Part shown: one piece after another, positions 13,644 through 23,321 of the stretch
How positions within the stretch are numbered: the stretch's first letter is position 1
How the letters are laid out: every line of letters starts with the position of its first letter
DNA from: Longimicrobiales bacterium
Lineage (GTDB): Bacteria > Gemmatimonadota > Gemmatimonadetes > Longimicrobiales > Gaopeijiaceae
NCBI GenBank assembly: GCA_965198065.1
Contig: CBDAON010000003.1
Coordinates: 32,001 to 96,000, forward strand
DNA length: 64,000 nt
Reading direction: 5' to 3'
Notes under the pieces: generated by a model
Seen by the model: the letters and a program-made list of their open reading frames with translations, nothing else
Databases searched by the model: none
Told to the model about the DNA's origin: nothing
Program-made: the position numbers and the translations under genes

Positions 13644-13792
13644 GGTGTCCATCCCGCGACCTAGCGCAGCGGCGAGGCAGGCTGCGAGAACGAGCTTCGG
13701 GAGGGGAGTAACCGACACCCCTAACCGACACCCCTCTAGAGGCAGGTCGTGCGGGAAGCCCGAGAGGCCATGTGCGAGAAGGGTTTTGAGAG

Positions 13793-13837
13793 TGGGCCTT
13801 GGAAGACTCGAACTTCCGACCTCACGCTTATCAGGCG
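13793..13837 (-). other. 3' half of tRNA-Ile(GAT), att-site remnant
   Basis: Minus strand CGCCTGATAAGCGTGAGGTCGGAAGTTCGAGTCTTCCAAGGCCCA; the 5' half is absent. Confidence 0.85.
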
Positions 13838-14000
13838 CATCCCGCGTCGGGGGAATCCGGCAAGAAATAGTCCAAGTTAAACTAGGACTGCACGATCTGC
13901 CGCACTTGCCGTTGGCCGATGGCTGATTGCAGCGTACCGAAATAGCGGGAAAACGGCATTTGAATGGCGGGAATCCCAGTCGTATCAGATCCCGTGTCCC

Positions 14001-14493
14001 TCAGACGCCGAATTGGCGAGGATGATAGTCAAGGTGTCTCCAGCAGAGCAGACCCCATTCCTCAACCCGAGACTTGCCCGAAGACCGGATGTGTACCCCA
14101 CTTTTCCGAAGAATCTTTCTGGCTCACACGGTCCACCAAGGCATGGAGTGCCGCGACGTCGTCACGCCATTCAGCTGAAGACGTCATCAACATCTCTGGG
14201 GGCGCGCCGATCCATGCTCTCGGCCACGGCAGCCAGTGGACCAAGACTCGTCGTAAGCATCTGAACCTGAGGAGTCCCGGTGTCACCTTCACTTCCCGAG
14301 TGCCGAATCTGAGCCGGAGCGGTCCTGCATGCACCTTGAGATCGCCGAGTGCGACCCGTAACTGATCGGCGGCGTGGCAGACCATCTCTCTCGCAGTCAT
14401 AGTACCCCATCGCCGGATGCTCTCTGGCGAAAATCGGGCGATTCGTGCGTGGATCGCCGCTCGCGCCGATTGTCCGAACAGGGTAGTGCTCAT
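14001..14493 (-). CDS. DUF1569/DinB-like protein, frameshifted near 14080
   Basis: RRWGTMTAREMVCH N-terminus; HPVFG then EEWGLLCWRHLDYHPRQFGV* in the shifted frame. Confidence 0.8.
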
Positions 14494-14567
14494 GAGCCTT
14501 CAGCGCCTCCAGTGAGCGCCAGGTGGTGTTTGTATTAAGTTGTGGCGTTGCTTCCGGGGTCGGTTAG

Positions 14568-14609
14568 GGGACTAACATAGGATGTGGTACCGCTCTTGGG
14601 GGCAGGTCA
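14568..14609 (+). mobile_element. Isolated right end (IRR) of an IS3-family element
   Basis: GGGACTAACATAGGATGTGGTACCGCTCTTGGGGGCAGGTCA is near-identical to the IS end at 38207-38247. Confidence 0.8.
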
Positions 14610-14839
14610 CTTGACGATGACGGATACGATTCCGTACAAATTCATTATCGCTTCGTCGGGCGTTGATTCTTACTTGTTCTTTTTCCTCCGTTAGGTTCGT
14701 CTCTCCATCGATCACATATCTCCATTGCTCAAAGGTCTATCACCAGAAAGGCCTGTGCCTGCCGAACTGGCCAAGTGTGGCCTGAATCGCCGGGGATCCG
14801 TTCGCCGCGCGCACCCACTTTTGTGGATCCGTCCTCCGG

Positions 14840-15418
14840 CTAGGTCTGCGAAGGCGACCGAAGCCACTGCTGTCCGGGCAGGTGCAGGGGCTCCGACAGG
14901 CGGTCGAGAAGCGCTGCTGGATCCGCGTCCGTCATGACGATGGCGCGATTGTCGTGCCGGATGAAGCCTTCGTCGACGGCGCGATCGAACAGCGCAAGGA
15001 GCGGATCGTAAAAGCCGCCGACATTGAGGAGGTCGCAGCGCTTGTGATGAAGGCCGAGCTGCGTCCAGGTGACCGCCTCGCAGAACCCTTCGAATGTGCC
15101 GAATCCGCCCGGCAGAGCGATGAATGTGTCCGCCAGCTCCGCCATTACGGCCTTGCGTTCATGCATGGAGCTCACGACTCGCAGGTCTGGAAGGCCGCGA
15201 TGGGCAAGTTCGCGTGCGACGAAGGCGTCGGGAATGACCCCGATGGCATGCCCGCCGGCGGCCAGTACCGCATCGGCCAGAATGCCTATCAGCCCCACGC
15301 TGCCGCCGCCGAATACGAGGCCGATACGGCGTGCGGCCAGCTCGCGAGCGACGCTAAGCTCGAACTGACCGAACACTGCTGTGTTCTGGGACGTTTCCTC
15401 AGACACCTGATGCCACAC
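14840..15418 (-). CDS. LOG-family (TIGR00730) nucleotide phosphoribohydrolase, N-terminus truncated or replaced
   Basis: LVFGGGSVGLIG, MHERKAVM, ALPGGFGTFE. Confidence 0.88.
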   Translation of the reverse strand: MWHQVSEETSQNTAVFGQFELSVARELAARRIGLVFGGGSVGLIGILADAVLAAGGHAIGVIPDAFVARELAHRGLPDLRVVSSMHERKAVMAELADTFIALPGGFGTFEGFCEAVTWTQLGLHHKRCDLLNVGGFYDPLLALFDRAVDEGFIRHDNRAIVMTDADPAALLDRLSEPLHLPGQQWLRSPSQT

Positions 15419-15559
15419 TATTTATGGTGTCACTAGCCGGTCGTTCCCCTCGTTACATCCCTCGTTCTGAAACAGATTCCAGAGAACCTCACACGCCGAC
15501 CGCGGACTGATCCGGACCGATTCGCGTCGCGCCGACCGCCTCCCGGGTGCATCTGCCAC

Positions 15560-16057
15560 ACCGACCGTGGATCCCAGGGTGCTCGATTGCTTCAGCCGCT
15601 ACGCCTGGGGCCGGCTCTACACAAGCAAGCTCCCGCTCACGGCCGTGCAGGTGATGCACAACGACGTGCTGCCCTTCTTCGACGAGCACCGGGTCCGGGT
15701 GAAGACCGTACTCAGTGACAACGGCCGCGAGTTCTGTGGCCGTCCGGACCGTCACCCCTACGAGCTGTTCCTTCAGCTCGAGGACATCGAGCACTTGAGG
15801 GTGAAGGGCCGCACCACCTGGTACGAGACCCTCGAGGAGATGCAGACCGACCTGGAGGCATACCTCGAAACCTACAACCGCAAGCGTCCGCACCGCGGCC
15901 GAGCCATGGAGGGGTCGTACGCCGTATCAGGTCTTCAAGGCCGGTCTGCCGGCCGCCGGAAAGGCCGCAAAGGCCAGGAAGGAGGAGCCGAAGACGAAGG
16001 CAGCCTAGACACAGCTCCGGCGAGGGCCAACTGTCAGGTCATTACCATCTCTGTACA
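15560..16057 (+). mobile_element. IS481-family transposase 3' fragment with right end, internally deleted
   Basis: VLSDNGREFCG, YNRKRPHRG; terminus TGTCAGGTCATTACCATCTCTGTACA. Confidence 0.85.
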
Positions 16058-16155
16058 CACAATCGTTGGAAACTTACCTGTATTCGGATCTCAGATCGTT
16101 CCTGCTTGTTTATGAATTTGACCTTTGATGTTACAGTCAGGACGATTCGTCCCGC

Positions 16156-16617
16156 TCACTTCCTTGAGGATTCCCGGAATTCTTCTTCACCCCAGTCGGC
16201 TTCTGCGAGTACCCTTATCCGGTTCCACTCGTACCGATATACCTCGGACTTTTCGCTACCCTTTCCCTCTCCCTCTAGCCATACCTTGTACTCGGGAAAT
16301 CTCCCTTCGTAACACCTTCGGCCTTCCTCCTCCTCTTTACCTCTCGTGAGCCGTACTCGACCCCACATTTGTATTCCATCTTTCCAATCGTCCCATTCCT
16401 GCCGCGAGTCGTACACTGCCATTGCAGCTTCTCTCTCTCCTCTTAGCAGGTCACCATGTCCACTTCCCCTCACTGAGATAAAATACACGTTTAACCCCTC
16501 GTCGGCCGCGATATATGCCGTAAACACATGAGGTGTTCCGTCTTTATGGGTAAGCCCAATCGTCGCTAATTTTACTCTTCCTAGAATTTCCTCGGCTTTC
16601 TTCTCTATTTCTGTCAT
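16156..16617 (-). CDS. Pyridoxamine 5'-phosphate oxidase-like FMN-binding protein in an AT-richer segment
   Basis: LATIGLTHKDGTPHV...VYFIS...GIQMWG pattern; codon usage differs from the flanks. Confidence 0.75.
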   Translation of the reverse strand: MTEIEKKAEEILGRVKLATIGLTHKDGTPHVFTAYIAADEGLNVYFISVRGSGHGDLLRGEREAAMAVYDSRQEWDDWKDGIQMWGRVRLTRGKEEEEGRRCYEGRFPEYKVWLEGEGKGSEKSEVYRYEWNRIRVLAEADWGEEEFRESSRK

Positions 16618-17522
16618 ACTGTCATTCCCCCGTCCACCGGCAGCGAGATTCCGTTAATTCCGCTGCTTTCTTCTGCCGCCAAGAAAGCTGCCGCCCATGC
16701 TACTTCTTCGGCCCTGATCAACCGCTTGATCGGCAAGTCTTCGATCACTTCTGTCAGGTACTGCTCCAATCCCTCCGTGCCAGCTTGCTCTGCTTCCCGC
16801 GTATCGAGCACCTGAAATAACTGTGCCAGCCACGGTCCAAGATCGGCGCCGTCCTTGCCGGTGCGTGTCTCGAGAAAATCGAAGAAGATGTCGCGCGGCT
16901 CGAAGATGCCCGTGTCGTCGGCGAACAGGCAGAACACGATCCGCACCAGGAACCGTTCCAGGTCGTGGCCTCGGTAGCCCGCGGTGCCGAGCGCATCGTG
17001 AAGGCGCCCGACGAGCTCAGCAGCCTTGATGTTGACGGGGTCTTGGTCACGGAAGCTCCGGCGCTGCACTCCCAGGATGAAGCCGAACGCCTCGACATGG
17101 CTGGGCAGGTCAGCGAGAGCGAAGGCAACCGTCTCCCGCTCATCAAGATCGTGGAGCTCGAACGTCTGGAAGTCGCTCACCAAGATGTAGCGGGGGCGAT
17201 CGGCCTCAGCGAGCGCATCAAAATACTCTCCGGCCTGTCCGTAAGCTTTATCAAGATCGCGCCCGGCGCTCTTCTGTTCGACGATCAGGACGCCCGGCCA
17301 GAACAGGTCGATGAAGCCGGAGCTATTGTCCAGCTTGGCGACATGCTCCTCGTACCGCGCGACGTTTCGCCGCCGGACGTCGAATACCTCGAAGAAATCG
17401 TTGTAGAAGCTCTGCGTCTCACCTTTCTCGTATGCCGCATCTCGCCACTCATCGGCGAAGGATGCGGCGCGCACACGCACTTCGTTCCAGGACAGACGCA
17501 TCAGCCACGCCGCCTCTTGCAC
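16614..17522 (-). pseudogene. Chimeric ORF: MmeI-like (type IIL R-M) N-terminus joined to the C-terminus of an SDR oxidoreductase
   Basis: YEKGETQSFYNDFF, GFIDLFWPGVLIVEQKS and RIVFCLFADDTGIF, then after ~16800 PIKRLIRAEEVA...INGISLPVDGG. Confidence 0.85.
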
Positions 17523-17593
17523 CCATCATGGGTCGTGGCCCGACCTTGGGCGGACCAACGGTGAGCGTCGGCATGGCCTCCTGGGCTGCGGTA

Positions 17594-17914
17594 CTAGCGG
17601 GATATTGGATCACGGGACCTCATATCATCCAGCCATCCGCTTTCCCGCCGCGCTTGCGCGAGCTCATAGCTCGCCTGCATCCGCATCCAGTGATCGGCGG
17701 CACCCCAGCCAATAGCCTCTAAAGCCAGCGCCATGTTCGCGGACACCCCTGCCTTACCGTTCAGTAGACGCGATAGCGTCCCCCGCTCGCACCCCAGACG
17801 CACGGCCGTCTCGGTCACATTCCATCCGACCTCTTCCATGCTCTCACGGATCAGTTCGCCCAGGTGCGGGGGGTTCAGCATCGGACCTACACGCTCGCTG
17901 TCGGTGTCGTTCAT
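17594..17914 (-). CDS. higA: HigA-family antitoxin
   Basis: NPPHLGELIRE...TLSRLLNGKAGVSANMALALE...WMRMQASYEL; GAAAGGAGG RBS. Confidence 0.92.
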   Translation of the reverse strand: MNDTDSERVGPMLNPPHLGELIRESMEEVGWNVTETAVRLGCERGTLSRLLNGKAGVSANMALALEAIGWGAADHWMRMQASYELAQARRESGWLDDMRSRDPISR

Positions 17915-17933
17915 GCTCTGTCCTCCTTTCCGG

Positions 17934-18206
17934 TCAGTGATAGTCGACCAAGTCCACATCCACGGCTTCGCCGTCCTCGAAGCGGAACACCACGCGCCAG
18001 TTGCCCGATACGCGCACACTCCATTGGCCCGCTCGGCTACCCTTCAACGGATGCAGCCGAAAGCCAGGCGCGTCAGCGCTACCGGGATGCGTCGCTTCCT
18101 GCAGCCGGAATAGAATGCGTCGAAGTCGTGGCACCAGATCCGCCGGCAGCCGAGCCCGCTTGTCCTGCTCGTGCAGCGCCCGCAGTCCCTTGTGCCTGAT
18201 CTTCAT
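17934..18206 (-). CDS. higB: HigB (RelE-family) toxin
   Basis: IRHKGLRAL...LHPLKG...WSVRVSGNWRVVFRF...VDLVDYH, upstream of higA. Confidence 0.92.
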   Translation of the reverse strand: MKIRHKGLRALHEQDKRARLPADLVPRLRRILFRLQEATHPGSADAPGFRLHPLKGSRAGQWSVRVSGNWRVVFRFEDGEAVDVDLVDYH

Positions 18207-18329
18207 AGATCTACTGTAGCGCGTCGCGTTACGCGCCGCCAGCGTTCCCCAAGTTTTTCGAAAGCCTGAATTGCCGAAGGCTTTGCGGCGCGATCTGGTC
18301 GGCTCCCGGTTCCTCCCCGGTCCTGAGCC

Positions 18330-18470
18330 AGTCCAATGTAGTCGGCCCATGCCTGCGTCATTTGTCGCCCCTCGGGCAGAAACGCGGTTCGGTTGTAGGC
18401 CCTTCCGCGTTGGGATCCCTCACCGCGTGGGTCAGCTGGTGCTCGATGAAATCCGGCCCGGTTGCGGTGC
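18330..18470 (-). pseudogene. C-terminal remnant of a P4-like tyrosine integrase
   Basis: IEHQLTHAVRDPN / RAYNRTAFL...MTQAWADY across frames. Confidence 0.75.
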
Positions 18471-18687
18471 GGATAGCCCGCGTTCGGGAAGACGTAGCGG
18501 CCATGCCCAGGCAGAGGGCGAACTCGAGAGATGGTCGTTCGGCTACCTGTCCACACACGTCTCACGCAGTCGCATGGATTCCCGGTCGTGAAGAGGGGTA
18601 TAATGAGGGGATCAAGGCGACGATCTGGCCGGGGCGGTCGAGCATCCGGATCTCTGCGACGCGGCACTCTCCTACCTGCTCGAGCGG

Positions 18688-19182
18688 ATGCGCTTGGAGG
18701 TGGAGGACCCGTCCGAGGCGGCGCGGCTGAAGCTGATGGTCGTGGACGAAGCCTGGCGCTACCTGCAGGACCCCGCCGTGCTGAATTACTTGGCCGAGGC
18801 GGCGAAGACGTGGCGGAAGAAGAACGCCGCGCTGGTCCTGGCCACGCAGTCCGCGGTGGACGTCACGGCCACGCCCGGCGCTGTGGCGCTCCTCGAGTCG
18901 ATCCCGACCAAGCTCTTCCTCGCGAACCCCGAGCTCCCCGACGAGATCGGGGCGCTGTTCCGGCTGAACGAGTCTGAGCTGGCCCAGGTCCGGGGCCTGA
19001 TCCCGAAGCGCGAGCTCTACCTCCGCCGCCCGGACGGGGCGGCGGTGCTCCGGCTCGAGGTCGATCCGGAGAGCTACTGGCTCTACACCTCCTCGGCGCT
19101 CGATGCCGAGGAGCGCGCCCGGGCCATCGTGGTTCTCGCGAGCCGAGACGATCCCACCCCCACCCCCAACGCAAGGAGCTGA
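18688..19182 (+). pseudogene. VirB4/TrbE-like T4SS ATPase, C-terminal fragment
   Basis: Walker B VVDEAWRYL, KTWRKKNAALVLATQS, TKLFLANP. Confidence 0.85.
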
Positions 19183-19188
19183 TACGCC

Positions 19189-19902
19189 ATGCGACCACCA
19201 ATAACACCCCTCGTTCTAATCGCGCTTCTCCTGGCTGCCCTCCCTGTTGCGGCCACCGCGCAGCAGGAGAACGACGACGCGTTCCTGCGGGTGACGGTCC
19301 CCGAGGAGGGCGAGGACCGGATCCACCGGCTGCGCACCCGGGTCCGCCACACGACGGTCATCGTGCTGCCGCCCGGCGAGAACATCCTGGACTTCGTGGC
19401 CGGCGACTCGGAGTACTGGCATCTGACGGGCGCGGCGAATGTCGCGTTCCTGAAGCCCCTCGCTTCGGACGCGGCGACCGACGACGCCCGTGCTGTGTTC
19501 GTCTACGCCGAGCCCGGCCACGAGACCGCCACCGCGCTCCGCTCGTGGGGCGATGCGCACCGGCGGCTCTGGGATGCGCTCAGGGAGCGGGGCCGATCCG
19601 TCGAGGTCGTGGCCGTCGTCCGCACCCCCAGGGAACTCGGACGGGCACGGACGATCCTCGGGAACTGGGCCGAGGCGCCCGCCGCCTCTGGCGCCGTCGA
19701 TCCGGCCCGCCGCGAGATCGCCCGGATCGAGCAGGCGATCCGCGGCATGGACGACGCGGTGATCGACAAGCATGGCGGGCTGCAGGGCTGCCTCGAGCGG
19801 ATCGTCGAGCTGGAGGACCGGCTCCGTTCCGCGCGCCCCGGAACGACGATCGACGGGTTCGCGGCATGGCGTTCGAGCCGGCTTCCCGGAGGCACATCTT
19901 GA
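19189..19902 (+). pseudogene. VirB9/TrbG N-terminus fused to an unrelated C-terminal fragment
   Basis: Signal peptide; RVRHTTVIVLPPGENILDFVAGDSEYW...AFLKP; abrupt change after ~19480. Confidence 0.7.
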
Positions 19903-19963
19903 CCGCCGGTCGCCAGGGGCCGACGCCGATCCGGAGCTTGCGGCCGTGGACGGGAGCGACCCC

Positions 19964-21322
19964 CATAAGCGCTAACTTGTTTGCATTGCCATGGTGTTGT
20001 ATAGTGAGGGCATGAGCAGAACCGTGACAGAGGCGCCGACAAGTGAGGACTGGGACCTGCTAGTATCGTTCTTCCCGAGCAACTGGCAGGAGCTGGCAGC
20101 GGAGACGGGAGCGCTGCGAGGGTTGCGCAAGGACAAGTCGCCGGAGAAGCTGCTGCGGACGCTGCTGATCCATCTCGGATGCGGGCATTCGCTGAGAGAA
20201 ACGGTCGTGCGGGCTCGGCAGGCGAGCTTGGCGGATCTGTCGGACGTGGCGCTGCTGAAGCGGCTCCGGAAATCGCGGGACTGGCTGTATGCGTTGTGCG
20301 TGGAACTGTTCCGGGAGCACGGCATCGCGGTCTCGTCGGACGGGGGCTTCCAAGTGCGGGTCTTGGACGCCACGACCGTGCAGGAGCCGGGCCGGACCGG
20401 ATCGTTGTGGAGGCTGCATTACAGCGTCAACCTGCCTTCGTTGGGCTGCGACTTCTTCAAGCTGACCGGGACGGAAGGGTCCGGGGCGGGCGAGTCGTTC
20501 AAACAGTTTCCGATCCGTCCGGGTGACTACGTGCTGGCCGACCGGGCCTACTCGAACGCGGCCGGGATCCAGCATGTGGCGATGGCCGGCGGTCACGTAA
20601 CGGTGCGGGTGAACACCGGGACGCTGCCGCTGGAGACCGCGGACGGTCAGCCGTTCGAGTTGCTGACAGCCGTGGAATCCCTCGAGCGGCCTGGACCGGT
20701 CGGCGCATGGGCGGTGCGCACGGCGGCCAAGGCCGGCCCCCCGGTCGCAGGCCGAATCTGCGCCGTGCGCAAGACCGACGAAGCGATCGCGGCCGCGCAC
20801 GCCAAGATCCGCAAGACAGCCCAGCGCAAGCAAAGCCAGGTCCGGCCGCAAACCCTGCATTTTGCCCGCTACGTCATCGTCTTCACGACCTACCCCCCGG
20901 AGGAGTTCTCGCCAGCCGACGTTCTGGAATGGTACCGCCTACGCTGGCAGGTCGAGCTGGTCTTCAAGCGCTTCAAGTCCCTGGCCCGCCTCGGACATCT
21001 GCCGAAGTATGATGACGAAAGCGCGCAGGCCTGGCTGTACGGCAAACTGCTCGTGGCACTGCTGGTCGAGAAAGTCGTGCGCCACGCCGTGGCTATTTCC
21101 CCCTGGGGATACGACGTCGCGACAACGTCAGCCCCGCAGCCCTTGGCGTGACTTCAAGTTCGCACTCCACCAAGTCGCACGGGCCATCGAACCGGAGTTC
21201 TCTCTCGAAAAGATGATCCGCGAGTGGAGCAAGATCTCGGCTTCCCTGGCCGAACCTCCAAGGCAGAGACTCAACCAGGTGGACCGCCACTTCCCGATAA
21301 ACTACACAAGTTAGCGCTTATG
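19964..21322 (+). mobile_element. Complete IS4-family insertion sequence
   Basis: Perfect 17-bp TIR CATAAGCGCTAACTTGT / ACAAGTTAGCGCTTATG; 11-bp target duplication GGAGCGACCCC (19953-19963, 21323-21333). Confidence 0.93.
19991..21151 (+). CDS. IS4-family DDE transposase (start probably 20012)
   Basis: VLDAT, LADRAY, YRLRWQVELVFKRFKS (YREK motif). Confidence 0.95.
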   Translation: MVLYSEGMSRTVTEAPTSEDWDLLVSFFPSNWQELAAETGALRGLRKDKSPEKLLRTLLIHLGCGHSLRETVVRARQASLADLSDVALLKRLRKSRDWLYALCVELFREHGIAVSSDGGFQVRVLDATTVQEPGRTGSLWRLHYSVNLPSLGCDFFKLTGTEGSGAGESFKQFPIRPGDYVLADRAYSNAAGIQHVAMAGGHVTVRVNTGTLPLETADGQPFELLTAVESLERPGPVGAWAVRTAAKAGPPVAGRICAVRKTDEAIAAAHAKIRKTAQRKQSQVRPQTLHFARYVIVFTTYPPEEFSPADVLEWYRLRWQVELVFKRFKSLARLGHLPKYDDESAQAWLYGKLLVALLVEKVVRHAVAISPWGYDVATTSAPQPLA

Positions 21323-21605
21323 GGAGCGACCCCCCGTCTCGGCATGCCTCGATCGGCATCGGGGAGGATCGGCATGGGCACGCCCATGCCACCCTCCCCG
21401 GCGGGGTCGCTCCCGAATCAGGTATCCGTGCCGGAAGGCCGTTCAGCGCCGCTGCGGGGCGGCGGATCGCCAGTTCGCCAGCTGTCCAGCCGGTGTGTCC
21501 GCGCTACCGCAGAGGACCGGGCGCGGACCCGCGGAGAACGCCAGACCGTGGGCTGCCGGGAACGTCGAGCCATGAGTCGGCGTTTCGGATCCCCGGAGAC
21601 GTTGG

Positions 21606-21715
21606 GATGAGGTAAAGCCCCGGTTCGAGAGTTCCGGGCTCGATCTCCTCCCCGGCCTTGAGCCGGTCCAGATAGTCGGCCCAAGCCTGCATCATGTGTC
21701 TACGCTCGGGCAGCG
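21606..21715 (-). pseudogene. C-terminal remnant of a P4-like integrase
   Basis: LPERRHMMQAWADYLDRLKAG. Confidence 0.7.
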
Positions 21716-21739
21716 GCGGGTCGCGCATCCGTCGAAACC

Positions 21740-22108
21740 TTGCCCGCGACTTGGCGGAGACAGGCCAAGGCGCTCCGCCGGTACGGGGGCGAGACTCCGG
21801 CCGTGGCGCTCGAGAGTTGCGCGGCCGAGCTCGAGACCACGCTCCGGGAGCGGGACGAAACCACCCTCTCCCTGACGGAGGCCGCCAGGGAGAGCGGCTA
21901 CTCCGCGGACCACCTCGGCCGTCTCGTCCGCGACGGTAAGATCCCTAACGTCGGAAGGCCCGGCGCGCCCAGGATCACCCGCAGGCACCTCCCCCGGAAG
22001 CGAATGGCCCAAGTGCCCGCCAATCCGCCGCTGGTCAAGAAGCCTTCCCCACGCCAGGTTTCAAACGCGCAGATCGTGCAGTCCATCATCGAGAGAGGAA
22101 TCGAATGA
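21740..22108 (+). CDS. HTH DNA-binding protein, excisionase-like
   Basis: LSLTEAARESGYSADHLGRLVRDGKIP; overlaps the integrase start (ATGA). Confidence 0.7.
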   Translation: MPATWRRQAKALRRYGGETPAVALESCAAELETTLRERDETTLSLTEAARESGYSADHLGRLVRDGKIPNVGRPGAPRITRRHLPRKRMAQVPANPPLVKKPSPRQVSNAQIVQSIIERGIE

Positions 22109-23268
22109 TGGCACGCACGAAACGAAGCCGGCGCAGCTATGGCACCGGCGAATGGGGCCGGAACCGGGTACGGGTCTTCCCGGATCCCAAGACCGGCCTG
22201 TTCCAGATCGAGTGGCGCGAGCGTGGGCGCAGGCTGAGCCGGTCGCTCAAGCACCGCGACTGGGCTCGGGCGAAGAAGCAGGCGGACGAGCTTGCCGCAG
22301 GCTTCGCCGGGCCGGTGATGGAAGGCAAAGCGGAAGCCGAGCCCGAGCCGCTCACTCTGGAGACGCTTTTTGACATCTACGGTGAAGAGGTGACGCCCAC
22401 CAAGCGTGGGCAGTCGCGGCTGCACGACAGGGCCGCGACGGGGATGTTCCTCGGTTGCTTCGGCAGGGACCGGAAGCCCGCAACGCTCTCCCAGCGCGAC
22501 TGGGACCGGTTCATCCGAGAGCGTAGGGCGGGCAGGGTTGGCCCGAGCGGCAAGCTGGTATCCGACCGGATGATCGAACGGGACCTCAAGTTCCTGATCG
22601 CGGTCCTCAACTGGGCCGCAAAGTCCAGGGACGAGCAGGGCCGCCTGCTTTTGGAAGCGAATCCCCTGAGAGGACTGAAGACGCCCAAACAGAAGAACCC
22701 GGCCCGAATCGTCCTGGCCGAGGAGGAGTACCAGGCGCTTCTACGGGTGTCCCGGCAGGTCGACTGGCGGTTCCGCGTCGCGCTCGTCCTCGCCCACGAG
22801 ACGGGACACCGCATCGGCGCAATCCGCAAGCTCTGCTGGTCGGACATCGACATGGAGGGCAGAACCATCCGCTGGCGCGCCGAACACGAAAAGTCGGGCT
22901 ATGAGCACCGGACACCGGTGACCGCCGAGGCGCTTGCCGCCCTGGAGGAGGTGCGAAAGAGGAATCCCGGTATCGGGCACGCGCCCGTGCTGCCCTCGCC
23001 GCAGGATCGCTCGAAGTGCGTGGGCTCCTGTCAGGCGTACGGGTGGTGGCACAAGGCGGAGGGGCTCGCGGGGCTTGAACCCAAGCGTGGGAGAGGCTGG
23101 CACTCCCTGAGACGAAAGTTCGCCTCCGACCTCATGGACCAGCCGCTCAAGGTGCTCTGCGAACTCGGCGGCTGGAAGGAGGCCAAGACGGTGCTGCAGT
23201 GCTACCAGCGGGCCGACGAAGGGCAACTCCGGAAGGCCCTAGATCACCGCCGCAGAGTTCGCGCCTGA
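22105..23268 (+). CDS. Tyrosine recombinase/integrase
   Basis: Catalytic TGHRIG (R), GWHSLRRKFA (H-x-x-R), LGGW and CYQ (Y). Confidence 0.92.
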   Translation: MMARTKRSRRSYGTGEWGRNRVRVFPDPKTGLFQIEWRERGRRLSRSLKHRDWARAKKQADELAAGFAGPVMEGKAEAEPEPLTLETLFDIYGEEVTPTKRGQSRLHDRAATGMFLGCFGRDRKPATLSQRDWDRFIRERRAGRVGPSGKLVSDRMIERDLKFLIAVLNWAAKSRDEQGRLLLEANPLRGLKTPKQKNPARIVLAEEEYQALLRVSRQVDWRFRVALVLAHETGHRIGAIRKLCWSDIDMEGRTIRWRAEHEKSGYEHRTPVTAEALAALEEVRKRNPGIGHAPVLPSPQDRSKCVGSCQAYGWWHKAEGLAGLEPKRGRGWHSLRRKFASDLMDQPLKVLCELGGWKEAKTVLQCYQRADEGQLRKALDHRRRVRA

Positions 23269-23321
23269 GCCCAATCAGCGGGAATCAAACGGCGGGAATC
23301 CAGTCCGAAATGCCCGTAAGT

